A stretch of 32,000 bases of DNA from the IMG/VR virus record IMGVR_UViG_3300045988_182841, positions 609 through 32,608 of that record. One strand, 5' to 3'. Made by a program: the position numbers and the translations under genes. The notes under the pieces are model-generated. The model worked only from the letters and a program-made list of their open reading frames with translations, had not been told where the DNA came from and ran no database searches. Numbering within the stretch: position 1 is the stretch's first letter; each line of letters opens with the position of its first letter. Of the stretch, positions 15,715 through 26,050 are shown one piece after another. The stretch is from a virus.

Positions 15715-17112
15715 ATGAGCACTTGCGTTTGTGTTCTTAGCAACAACGGTGAACGCCTGATGCCGACTATCCGTCTTGGCAAGGTACGCCATCTTCTGAA
15801 AGACGGAAAAGCAAAAATCATTAAGCATCATCCATTTACTATTCAGTTACTGTATGACAGCGAAACGAATATTCAACCCATTGAAATCTGTGAGGACGTC
15901 GGTTACAACTACATCGGCATCAGTGTGAAAAGCCAATCTCACGAGTATGTATCTGCTCAATATGATACATTGCAAGACGAGAAAAGCTGTCACGATGCTT
16001 GCCGTAGAATGCGCCGAACTCGCAGAAACAGGCTACGTTACCGCCAAAAGCGCTTTGACAACCGCAAACGTGACAAAGGCTGGCTTGCACCCTCTCTTAA
16101 ACATAAGAAAGAACTCAACGTCAATGTCATTAAAATGTATTGCGAAGTTGTGCCTATTACGCATGCAACCGTTGAAGTTGGTTCTTTCGACACAATGCTT
16201 GTAAAAGCAATCGAGGAAGGTAAAGCTACACCAGAAGGCGCAGATTATCAAAAAGGCCCTCGCTACAATTTAGCAACCTTGCGGGAAGCAGTATTCTACC
16301 GTGATAACTACACCTGCCAAGTTTGTGGGCGCGAAGCCAGTGAAGGTGCAATTTTGCACGTGCATCACATGTTTTATTGGAAAGGTCGCCATGACAATAG
16401 TCTCAGCGAGCTTATAACAGTATGCGAGAAGTGCCATACACCAGCTAACCATCAAAAAGGCGGCAAGCTCTATGGATTCGGTGAAGATATAAAGTTTGCC
16501 AACCTTTCTGGTGCAGCATTTATGAACACTGTACGCTGGCAAATCGTTAATGAACTTTACGCTGCTTTTGGAAAGCCGTTCGTCACATTCACTTATGGCG
16601 CGATGACCAAGGAAAAGCGAATTGCCCTTCATCTTGAAAAGAGTCATAACAACGATGCGTATGCAATGGGCGAGTTTCATCCAAACTGCCGCTGTACGTT
16701 TGAACATTATGAAAAGGTAAGGCGTAATAATCGCATCCTTGAAAAGTTTTATGATTCTCGCTACATTGACATTCGTACAGGAGAAATAGCTACTGGAAAA
16801 GAGCTCTTCAACGGTAGAATCAACCGCAGCCATAAAAAGGATTCTGAAAATTTGCACAAATACCGTGGAAAAAGGATTCGTAAAGGCTATCGTGCGCTAC
16901 GTCGCAAGAAAGTGGCCCTCAATCCCGGTGATTTGGTTTCTCTCAACGGGGAAATTCTTACTGTCCATGGCACTCATACCAAAAAGAATGGTTCTGTAAA
17001 CGTAGAATTCAAAACGCCATCAAAAAGCGGTAAAAAATCAACAAGCCTTAAAAAGCTGAAAATTATTAAAACGATAAGCCCCATGCGCTCTGCGTGGGAT
17101 AAAGTATCTTAA
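15715..17112 (+). CDS. iscB-like: IscB-like protein, 465 aa: PLMP, bridge helix, HNH, RuvC-II/III; RuvC-I Asp apparently absent
   Basis: GERLMPTIRLGKVRHLLKDGKAKIIKHHPFTIQLLYD; RRMRRTRRNRLRYRQKRFDNRKR; VEVGSFD; HVHHMFYWKGRHDNSLSEL...CEKCH; HNNDAYAMG; but YIGISVKSQS at the RuvC-I position. Confidence 0.9.
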   Translation: MSTCVCVLSNNGERLMPTIRLGKVRHLLKDGKAKIIKHHPFTIQLLYDSETNIQPIEICEDVGYNYIGISVKSQSHEYVSAQYDTLQDEKSCHDACRRMRRTRRNRLRYRQKRFDNRKRDKGWLAPSLKHKKELNVNVIKMYCEVVPITHATVEVGSFDTMLVKAIEEGKATPEGADYQKGPRYNLATLREAVFYRDNYTCQVCGREASEGAILHVHHMFYWKGRHDNSLSELITVCEKCHTPANHQKGGKLYGFGEDIKFANLSGAAFMNTVRWQIVNELYAAFGKPFVTFTYGAMTKEKRIALHLEKSHNNDAYAMGEFHPNCRCTFEHYEKVRRNNRILEKFYDSRYIDIRTGEIATGKELFNGRINRSHKKDSENLHKYRGKRIRKGYRALRRKKVALNPGDLVSLNGEILTVHGTHTKKNGSVNVEFKTPSKSGKKSTSLKKLKIIKTISPMRSAWDKVS

Positions 17113-17190
17113 AAACTCAAGAAAGGAGACATAGGGTATTTGCATTTACTGAGTGTACCTCAAATATACTCTTAGTCAGCGTATTCCTCG

Positions 17191-17219
17191 CCGCCTAAGT
17201 CGCAAGCGACTATAGACGG
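17191..17219 (+). repeat. Right-end subterminal palindrome of IscB-like element, copy 2
   Basis: ccgcctAAGTCGCaaGCGACTatagacgg then tgtaccctgcgcacaaa. Confidence 0.8.
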
Positions 17220-17384
17220 TGTACCCTGCGCACAAAATTTATGGATTTTGGCAATGCGTTTGCGACCACAGACGTTTTTGTGAATCCGCGCAAGGGAATT
17301 CCTTTCGTGCAGTGTTCCACTGAGAATCAACTTTCTGATTTCAGGAGAGCTGATTCCCATGAATAATATCTGACTCGTATCTTT

Positions 17385-17418
17385 GCGGTCGTTCCTTTTG
17401 GAGCGGCCGCTTTTTTTG
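17385..17418 (+). terminator. Intrinsic terminator
   Basis: GCGGTCG...CGGCCGC + T7. Confidence 0.65.
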
Positions 17419-17430
17419 TTTTCAGTTTCC

Positions 17431-17458
17431 TTGCGCAAATGTGCGACTCTCATAAAAT
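17431..17458 (+). promoter_or_regulatory. Spacer-motif promoter P6
   Basis: TTGCGCaaatgTGCGACtctcaTAAAAT. Confidence 0.7.
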
Positions 17459-17479
17459 GAAAATTAGGGAGGTGCTGTT

Positions 17480-17776
17480 TTGAAAATTCAGAGAATCATG
17501 CCTGCAACTACTCATTCCATGAAAGACGCGTTACCGCTTGGGACTATCCTGACGGTGAAAAATGTTGCAGACCAGAAATATATTGTGGTCGGCTATGACA
17601 CAAGTTCTTTTCCGCACAACTACTATGCGGTTCCCTGGCCGCAAGGGTATATGGGTGAAGAAAATATGTACCTGGTAAGATTTGATGATATTGCGAAAGT
17701 TCTGTGTCGCGGCGGAATCAATGAGGAATCCAGAGTTTTCTTGCAGGCACTGGATGATGTGTTGAACGGGAGGTGA
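17480..17776 (+). CDS. Hypothetical protein, 98 aa (TTG start)
   Basis: SD agggaggtg; MKIQRIMPATTHSMKDALPLG... Confidence 0.65.
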   Translation: MKIQRIMPATTHSMKDALPLGTILTVKNVADQKYIVVGYDTSSFPHNYYAVPWPQGYMGEENMYLVRFDDIAKVLCRGGINEESRVFLQALDDVLNGR

Positions 17777-17780
17777 CACG

Positions 17781-17996
17781 GTGACGGTAAAAGAGCTGAA
17801 GCATATGCTTGAGAACGCGGACGACAATGCTATCGTCGTTGTGCGAAATAACTGGGCTCCGGCGGAATTCCTGAATACCTCTGCTCGGAAGATGGTGCTT
17901 GTGAAAACAAATGGCAAGCTCATGACGCCGAAATGGGCCGAGGCGAGCGGGTATATCTGCGAAGGCCCTGCTATGTCGGCAATTTTATTCGATTGA
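17781..17996 (+). CDS. Hypothetical protein, 71 aa (GTG start)
   Basis: SD gggaggtg; MTVKELKHMLENADDNAIVVV. Confidence 0.65.
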   Translation: MTVKELKHMLENADDNAIVVVRNNWAPAEFLNTSARKMVLVKTNGKLMTPKWAEASGYICEGPAMSAILFD

Positions 17997-17997
17997 G

Positions 17998-18339
17998 GTG
18001 AAAAAAATCATGCCCGATAAAAAAGTGGCCACGCAGGCATCTGATGGACCCTGGGAACGCGAAACCATCATCACATTCAATGACGCGGAGAAGAAAGCAT
18101 CCTACTACACCTGCAACAAAGCTCGTATGGAACAGCTAAAAGAGCTTGCCAAAGAATACCCTGATGCTGTTAAAATCACGCGGGATGAGGACTGGTGTAT
18201 GGAGGCAGATATGCCCAAGAAATGGGTCAAAATCAAGCCGCCTCGCAAGCTGACCGAAGAGCAATATGCGGAACTGGTCAGACGCGGCAAAGAACTTGCA
18301 GAGCGGCAGCGACAGGCAAAGAACTTAGTGAAGGAATAA
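17998..18339 (+). CDS. Hypothetical protein, ~113 aa
   Basis: GTG start or internal ATG at 18010. Confidence 0.6.
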   Translation: MKKIMPDKKVATQASDGPWERETIITFNDAEKKASYYTCNKARMEQLKELAKEYPDAVKITRDEDWCMEADMPKKWVKIKPPRKLTEEQYAELVRRGKELAERQRQAKNLVKE

Positions 18340-18373
18340 TCCGGCTTCATATGCCGGAAGAGGAGGATATAAA

Positions 18374-18991
18374 ATGTATAATTCTTACAGCGCATTGAAT
18401 CTTTTGGGCGGTATGCTCTATACGATGATTCTTCTGGTGATAGCGTATTTTGTGCTCAAAATCGTCGCCAATTGGAAAATTTTTGAGAAGGCCGGGCAGC
18501 CTGGCTGGGCATCCATCGTCCCGTTCTACAGCAACTACATCGAATTCAACATTTACTGGGGGAACGGCTGGTTGTTTCTGATTCCGGTCGTGCTGAGCCT
18601 TTTGTCTGGCATCCCGCTGCTCGGCAATCTGTTCCTGGTTGTTGCTCTCATCATCGGTGCTATTACCAACTACAAGAAAGCTGTTGCGTTCGGTGAAGGT
18701 ATTGGTTTCACGATTGGTCTTTGCCTTCTGAATCCGGTGTTCAACATGATTCTTGCTTTCGGCCATTATGAGTATCACGGTATCCCGCAGGATGGCTATT
18801 CCTATTCTCAGCTCAAGACCAAATATGAGGAAAAGAAAGCCGAACAGCAGAACAACCCCAGTACTGTTCAGTACCAGGCCCCCGAAACTCCCAAAGAGCC
18901 GAGCCAGAATGTTCAGTATCAGACTCCGAATGCTCCTGCTGAAGTCAAGACCCCGCCGACTCAGCAGAATCAAAATCAGGACAATGGCTGA
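18374..18991 (+). CDS. DUF5684-like multi-pass membrane protein with Pro/Gln-rich tail
   Basis: WKIFEKAGQPGWASIVPFYSNYIEFNIYWGNGWLFLIPVVLSL. Confidence 0.7.
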   Translation: MYNSYSALNLLGGMLYTMILLVIAYFVLKIVANWKIFEKAGQPGWASIVPFYSNYIEFNIYWGNGWLFLIPVVLSLLSGIPLLGNLFLVVALIIGAITNYKKAVAFGEGIGFTIGLCLLNPVFNMILAFGHYEYHGIPQDGYSYSQLKTKYEEKKAEQQNNPSTVQYQAPETPKEPSQNVQYQTPNAPAEVKTPPTQQNQNQDNG

Positions 18992-19184
18992 TATTATTTG
19001 GGTCGTTGTGTTTCTCTGCGTTCTCATCGCGTCCTGCTTTGGAATGTACTATTTCCAGGGTGAGAACAAACAAAAATTTGTGTTTTGCTTTTTGCTGGTA
19101 GCATTATCTTTTGGAGTTCTTGCGTTTCGGCTCCTGGATATTGCCTACACAATGATAAACGCAGCTGTCAAAGCCGCACAATGA
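18984..19184 (+). CDS. Small membrane protein, 66 aa
   Basis: MADIIWVVVFLCVLIASCFGMYYFQGENKQK..., overlaps upstream stop. Confidence 0.65.
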   Translation: MADIIWVVVFLCVLIASCFGMYYFQGENKQKFVFCFLLVALSFGVLAFRLLDIAYTMINAAVKAAQ

Positions 19185-19212
19185 CCTTTTTTGCAATTCT
19201 CAAACTGTTTTT

Positions 19213-19244
19213 GGCAGACCTTCCAACCGAGGGCCTGCCTTTTT
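19213..19244 (+). terminator. Terminator-like hairpin immediately upstream of the 19268 gene
   Basis: GGCAGaCCTTCcaaccGAGGGcCTGCC + T run. Confidence 0.6.
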
Positions 19245-19267
19245 TATTGTTGCCAGGAGGAAAATCT

Positions 19268-20149
19268 ATGAAAATCCGATTCTATACAAACAACAAAGAA
19301 GCTATTGTATTCGACCTTGAGGATATTTTGAAGCAGCTCAACATTGAAGAGCAGGTAGCCACTGTCGGCCTTGTCATTGAAAAAGACGAGGCCGAGGTTG
19401 AGGCAATCGCTCAGACAATACAAGACGATTATCCGAACATGTACCTTCAGGCAAAAGAATACGGGCGAAATCTGACCTTGGCTTGTGCGGAGCTTCCGAA
19501 CCCTACTAACCCGGATATTGTAACCTACCTCTATGCGGGCGATGATGCTACGGAAACTGACAGTTGGATTGCGAAAGTGAACAACACAATTCGTGCGCAA
19601 GGGGATAACAGTGAACGGCTCATCCATATTGACTCGAATCTCGCTGCCGTGGTAGAAGCAAACGAAACGGAACAAGGATACTATGCTTCCACCGTGTCGC
19701 AGCATGACAAGGCCACAAACGAAATGCTGAGTTTTCGACAGATTGCAGAGTCGTTGGAAGCTGTTGGGGATAACTACAAGTACCAGAGCGCAAGCAACAT
19801 TCTGACTGCAAGAACCAAAGCAGAGCGGAACTATATTGTCCGGCTTATCAAGATGTATTGCGACGATACCAAATACCTTGCTGGTTCTATGCCGCAAAGT
19901 GAGTACCCGTTCTGTGTCCAGAACGTTGACGCTCTGAACCAGCGTGATGCGCAGTGGTCCGAAATCAAAGAGTATCTTGCACAGGACGAGAATCGCAACA
20001 AGCTGGATGTGATTCTTGGCTTCGTGCCGGATGAGGAGAGCGACAAGACTCTAATTCTGCACAGCATTGAAGAAAAAGGGAAGGCCATGTCTGATTCTGA
20101 AATCGAAAAAGCATATAATTTGCTGTTTGGTGACTGTAGCAATGGATGA
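19268..20149 (+). CDS. Hypothetical protein, 293 aa
   Basis: MKIRFYTNNKEAIVFDLEDILKQLNIEEQVATVGLV...; SD aggagg. Confidence 0.75.
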   Translation: MKIRFYTNNKEAIVFDLEDILKQLNIEEQVATVGLVIEKDEAEVEAIAQTIQDDYPNMYLQAKEYGRNLTLACAELPNPTNPDIVTYLYAGDDATETDSWIAKVNNTIRAQGDNSERLIHIDSNLAAVVEANETEQGYYASTVSQHDKATNEMLSFRQIAESLEAVGDNYKYQSASNILTARTKAERNYIVRLIKMYCDDTKYLAGSMPQSEYPFCVQNVDALNQRDAQWSEIKEYLAQDENRNKLDVILGFVPDEESDKTLILHSIEEKGKAMSDSEIEKAYNLLFGDCSNG

Positions 20150-20155
20150 ATAATC

Positions 20156-20285
20156 TTGCGCTTTCGTGCGAGACCCGTATAATTTAGCTTGTACGATAGA
20201 TACCATCTACTAAGCACACTGTGTGCTCGTACAATTCACACTTCGCTTTTAGGCGGACTTCCCACACCGGGAGGTTCGCCTTTTT
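20156..20285 (+). promoter_or_regulatory. Promoter P7 + leader RNA module E (three-way junction) + terminator-like hairpin
   Basis: TTGCGCtttcgTGCGAGacccgTATAAT; TTGTACG (20189-20195)/CGTACAA (20228-20234); TAGAT/ATCTA; AGCACA/TGTGCT; GGCGgACttCCC...GGGagGTtCGCC + T5. Confidence 0.75.
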
Positions 20286-20308
20286 GCGTACAAAAAAGGA
20301 GTTTAACT

Positions 20309-20713
20309 ATGGATAACGTATGGACAAATCTCGGCAACCGACTCGAAACTGCTTGGAAAAGACCAACAAGGCCCAACTCTAAACGCCCGAAAGACGGTGA
20401 AATCATCGACGAAGAGAAATCGGTGCGCTGGAACAGGGAAGAGGTCGTTCGCCGACAGAAAGCCTGGGATGCGGAATGCTCTCGGCTGAAGAAGGCGCAG
20501 AATGCAGAAATCGAACACATCTCGGAAGCTATCGAACTTCAAATTCAGGAAGACATCAAAGCCGAAACGAAACGCAGCATTTCCAAAAAGGCTACAACCA
20601 TCCTCTGGCAAAAAGCCTACGACCGTGGCCACGCCTATGGTTTCGCTGACATCTACTGTGCCATCGAAGACTACGAGGAGCTGGTTGTTGCCGTACTCAC
20701 AAACGCTCGTTGA
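20309..20713 (+). CDS. Hypothetical protein, 134 aa
   Basis: SD aaaaaaggag; MDNVWTNLGNRLETAWKRP... Confidence 0.7.
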   Translation: MDNVWTNLGNRLETAWKRPTRPNSKRPKDGEIIDEEKSVRWNREEVVRRQKAWDAECSRLKKAQNAEIEHISEAIELQIQEDIKAETKRSISKKATTILWQKAYDRGHAYGFADIYCAIEDYEELVVAVLTNAR

Positions 20714-20729
20714 AAGAAAGGAAAATACC

Positions 20730-21539
20730 ATGAAGCTGAATGAATACCTCGCTAAAAATGCCGTCAAGCTGATGATTAAGGGCTCTGGAGAAAAGAATCC
20801 TACGCGCCAGACCAATGACCTCGGCATGTACGATTATGTTGAGAACCTTGAAAGCGTCCTCGGCAAAATGGTCTGGATTTGCGATTATCGCGCAAATGCG
20901 GACCCGACCAAAAAGCCGATTCGTAACATCAAACCTACCCCGGTTGTTGTAACGGACGCAAAAGAAACGAGCAAAACCATCTATTATTCTCCGGTCTATT
21001 TTCGGCCGGTAAATCGGGGTAAGATTTCTTCAACCGTCATTGCCCCATTGGACAACACCGGGTATCGCTGCTGCTCCGGCACTTCCGTCAACATCTTCTA
21101 CACGAAAGAAGAGTGCGTGAAGTGCTATCGGGAGCAGGTTCGACAGGCAGACGAGATTTATGAGAAAGAGAAGGCTCGCATCATCAAAGAGTTCGACGCT
21201 CGCATGCAGATTCTCAATGATTCTCTCACGCCGTTCAACGATGTCCCGCAGAGCGACTACACCGTTGTTGCAAAAATGGATGTTACGAACGATTCTCTCG
21301 GATACAATGAGAAAAATCGGCATTTTTATCTCGAGACGACCCGAACCATGATTCCGACTCGCTATACCATCGAAATGCTCAAGATGCAGGCACTGATTGG
21401 CCTGGTGGATGAACTCCGTGCAAACACCACCTGGCAAAAGGGTGTTCCTTTCCGTATCCTTATCAGAACAACAGTTTTCGTGGATGGTATTGAAGATGTC
21501 AGCCAAGCCACAACGGAATCTCAAACCATTACCCTTTGA
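20730..21539 (+). CDS. Hypothetical protein, 269 aa
   Basis: MKLNEYLAKNAVKLMIKGSGEKNPTRQTND... Confidence 0.75.
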   Translation: MKLNEYLAKNAVKLMIKGSGEKNPTRQTNDLGMYDYVENLESVLGKMVWICDYRANADPTKKPIRNIKPTPVVVTDAKETSKTIYYSPVYFRPVNRGKISSTVIAPLDNTGYRCCSGTSVNIFYTKEECVKCYREQVRQADEIYEKEKARIIKEFDARMQILNDSLTPFNDVPQSDYTVVAKMDVTNDSLGYNEKNRHFYLETTRTMIPTRYTIEMLKMQALIGLVDELRANTTWQKGVPFRILIRTTVFVDGIEDVSQATTESQTITL

Positions 21540-21561
21540 TGAACTATGAAGAGCGCACGCC

Positions 21562-21588
21562 CCGTCTATAGCCGTAAGGCTTAGGTGG
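21562..21588 (-). repeat. Orphan, inverted copy of the IscB-element-type subterminal palindrome
   Basis: CCGTCTATAGCCgtaaGGCTTAGGTGG; reverse complement of the copy-2 palindrome is CCGTCTATAG...CTTAGGCGG. Confidence 0.5.
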
Positions 21589-21629
21589 GGAGATTCACAA
21601 AAAAACAAAACAATACATATGTGAGGTAA

Positions 21630-23696
<2,067 letters not shown>

Positions 23697-23710
23697 GAGG
23701 AGGTCTCGGT

Positions 23711-23956
23711 ATGTACGACTTTGACCGCATCGTTAAGGCTGCGGAGTCCTGTGAATTTCACAGCGCATTTGCCTCTGACATTAAGCTCTGTGAAAATGCA
23801 CTTGGTATGGGTGGTCTCATGGGAATCAATGCCGAATGCTGGCTTGATATTCTGAACACCATGCCGGACGCTGAAATCGCAGAGTATGTCCACACTAAGT
23901 ATAAGCCCGGTCTCTTGAATCCGTTTAAGGGAACGTCCTTGTACATCAAATCTTAA
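23711..23956 (+). CDS. Small hypothetical protein, paralog of 8026-8268
   Basis: ...INAECWLDILNTMPDAEIAEYVHTKYKPGLLNPFKG. Confidence 0.7.
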   Translation: MYDFDRIVKAAESCEFHSAFASDIKLCENALGMGGLMGINAECWLDILNTMPDAEIAEYVHTKYKPGLLNPFKGTSLYIKS

Positions 23957-23999
23957 CCTCTTGCCGCTTGCCCTTCACAGGGTGAGCGGCTTTTTCTTT

Positions 24000-24027
24000 T
24001 TGACTTTATTTGCGATTCCCCGATAAT
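24000..24027 (+). promoter_or_regulatory. Spacer-motif promoter P8
   Basis: TTGACTttattTGCGATtccccGATAAT. Confidence 0.65.
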
Positions 24028-24061
24028 AAAAGTACGAACATACGAAAGGAGCATGTCGTCG

Positions 24062-25150
24062 ATGCTCAAAAAGCTCAAATTCTTAATTTTTTGTGCATTT
24101 GTTGCTTGCGCCGCAATGCCAGCTACAGTATATGCCGAGAGCTTTACAACTCAGAATGCTGCTGTCGAAACTATAACTCAACACACCCTAACCTTTAACC
24201 CAAACTGCACAGACGACTCCTATTTCATCTCTGAATCGTCCATCGATATTCCCGAATCGCATAAATATGGTACGCTTCCTGTTCCAAGTCGAAAAGGCTA
24301 TGAGTTTCTTGGGTGGTATACCGCATCGGATGGCGGAAATAAAGTATCTGAATCCACGGTCATGGGCAGCAGCGATACCATTGTATATGCTCATTGGACT
24401 GCCTATACCATCACTATTAACTATCACAACGACGGTGCTCAGACATGGCATTCCTATTGCGCAAATGCAGTCAACAGCTGTACGAACCTTGACATCGTTG
24501 AATCGGAATCTACCGCCTATGACACAGCGTATACCCATGCAGAGTACGGTATTCTGGATGTCGGCCGCTTCACAAAAGCAAGATACAAAGCCAGCAATCG
24601 CTGGAAAGTTGGGTCCAAAGACAGTTCCGTGATGGTGGTGGACACAAACTGGAGCGAGGAGCTCGCAGCAAGCGCAACTGGAAAAACCGTGGCAAAATAT
24701 CTCGGCGTGGATGCTCAGCTTGAGCAGAGCAATGTGACCGTTGACCTATACCCGTATTTTATCGAGGACTCGTATAATTCCGTTGTAAACGGTGTGACAC
24801 CCGCCTCCACAACGGTTGAGGCATATGTACCCACGCTGTATTCGCTCATTGTGCCTGAGAGCGTAACTTTAGGCGGGAATGCTGGCAGCGGTGAAAAGAC
24901 AGCGACTTTGCCCGTGATGGTGAAAGGCGACATCGGCCTATCGCAGGAAGTCAATGTCAGCACAACGCCTCCCACCATGAAAAGCAACAAGGCGGCGGAT
25001 GTGCTTGCGAGCGTGGAAACTCCCAAAGCGGTGTGGAACCGTGACGACGCCTTAGCCAGTATCACCTCGAACTATACGGTGAAAGCAAATCTGACTCCAG
25101 GTGATTGGAGTGGTACAGTATCTTTTGTTTGCTCTGTATCGGAGAACTAA
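24062..25150 (+). CDS. Secreted protein with InlB B-repeat/Flg_new-like module, ~362 aa
   Basis: Signal peptide LIFCAFVACAAMPATVYA; YGTLPVPSRKGYEFLGWYTASDGGNKVSEST. Confidence 0.75.
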   Translation: MLKKLKFLIFCAFVACAAMPATVYAESFTTQNAAVETITQHTLTFNPNCTDDSYFISESSIDIPESHKYGTLPVPSRKGYEFLGWYTASDGGNKVSESTVMGSSDTIVYAHWTAYTITINYHNDGAQTWHSYCANAVNSCTNLDIVESESTAYDTAYTHAEYGILDVGRFTKARYKASNRWKVGSKDSSVMVVDTNWSEELAASATGKTVAKYLGVDAQLEQSNVTVDLYPYFIEDSYNSVVNGVTPASTTVEAYVPTLYSLIVPESVTLGGNAGSGEKTATLPVMVKGDIGLSQEVNVSTTPPTMKSNKAADVLASVETPKAVWNRDDALASITSNYTVKANLTPGDWSGTVSFVCSVSEN

Positions 25151-25212
25151 ACACAATGTTGCACGACTTTGCACGATGTTGTAACATTCTAAAAAGCCAC
25201 TAACACACGTGC

Positions 25213-25233
25213 AAACTTTTTTCAAAAAAGTTT
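25213..25233. repeat. Perfect inverted repeat AAACTTTTTT-c-AAAAAAGTTT
   Basis: Direct reading. Confidence 0.8.
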
Positions 25234-25312
25234 ATACAGCTTCTTGACGGTGTGTGCGATACCCATAGAATAGATAATGTAACAGAGATATCATTGATTT
25301 GCCATAGTTCAT
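25232..25312 (-). CDS. Candidate 26-aa small ORF (MNYGKSMISLLHYLFYGYRTHRQEAV)
   Basis: Minus-strand SD CAGGAGGAAT directly before ATG. Confidence 0.35.
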   Translation of the reverse strand: MNYGKSMISLLHYLFYGYRTHRQEAV

Positions 25313-25321
25313 ATTCCTCCT

Positions 25322-25360
25322 GGAAGAAGGACAGATGCCCATATTGGGTTTCTGTCCTTC
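25322..25360. terminator. Strong hairpin/terminator, 13-bp stem
   Basis: GAAGAAGGACAGA...TCTGTCCTTCTTC followed by T run. Confidence 0.85.
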
Positions 25361-25597
25361 TTCTTTTTTTGAGGATTCCCGCTGATTTTCTGCGTTTAAT
25401 ATAGATTCATCCCACGGAATGTGGACTTCTGACAGCCGAAGGAAAGGCTGATTATATAGAATTGCTATGCTAATCAACATAGCACGCGTACACAGCGTCA
25501 ATGTGTTTATATAAATGTTCCTGCACGCGAACGCCGCGTTAAGAGCGTATTTATATATACCGTATAACAATTACAAACCTTCAAGGAGGACATTACT

Positions 25598-25966
25598 ATG
25601 ATTCGAAACATAATTTAGCGAGTAGACACCATCATTAGCAACCACGAAGCCAAAGCTAAGCAATATGCAGTTAGCTATGGTTCATTCGTTCACGGTCTAA
25701 TTAAGACCTAGCTGAGCAAAGATGGTGTGATACTCGCGCTCCTGCTGGAGCAAGTGAAACTGACCGATGCCGCGAAATTTCTGCTGCTTTTGGCAGTAGT
25801 ATCAATCGCTGGCGCATTTCTTGTCAAGAAAGTCTTCAAAAACTACAGCCACATCAAAGGATTGGCCGAAGACTTTCTGAAATCAGCTGACGTTTTCGGA
25901 GCTGTCAAAGAAGCGATTTCTGATATCGCCAGCGGCTCCTGCAAAACAAACAACAAAAAAGAATAA
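25598..25966 (+). CDS. Small membrane-associated protein containing two in-frame TAG codons (or a decayed gene; open part 25727-25966)
   Basis: SD aaggaggacattact + ATG; MIRNII(TAG)RVDTIISNHEAKAKQYAVSYGSFVHGLIKT(TAG)LSKDGVILALLLEQVKLTDAAKFLLLLAVVSIAGAFLVKKVFKNYSH..., all one frame to TAA. Confidence 0.5.
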
Positions 25967-26050
25967 TAACATCCCCGATATATGGGGCTCACATTGCTGT
26001 GGAGATAAATTCGAGAGCAGCACGGCAGCCCCACGTTAAGGGGTTATATT

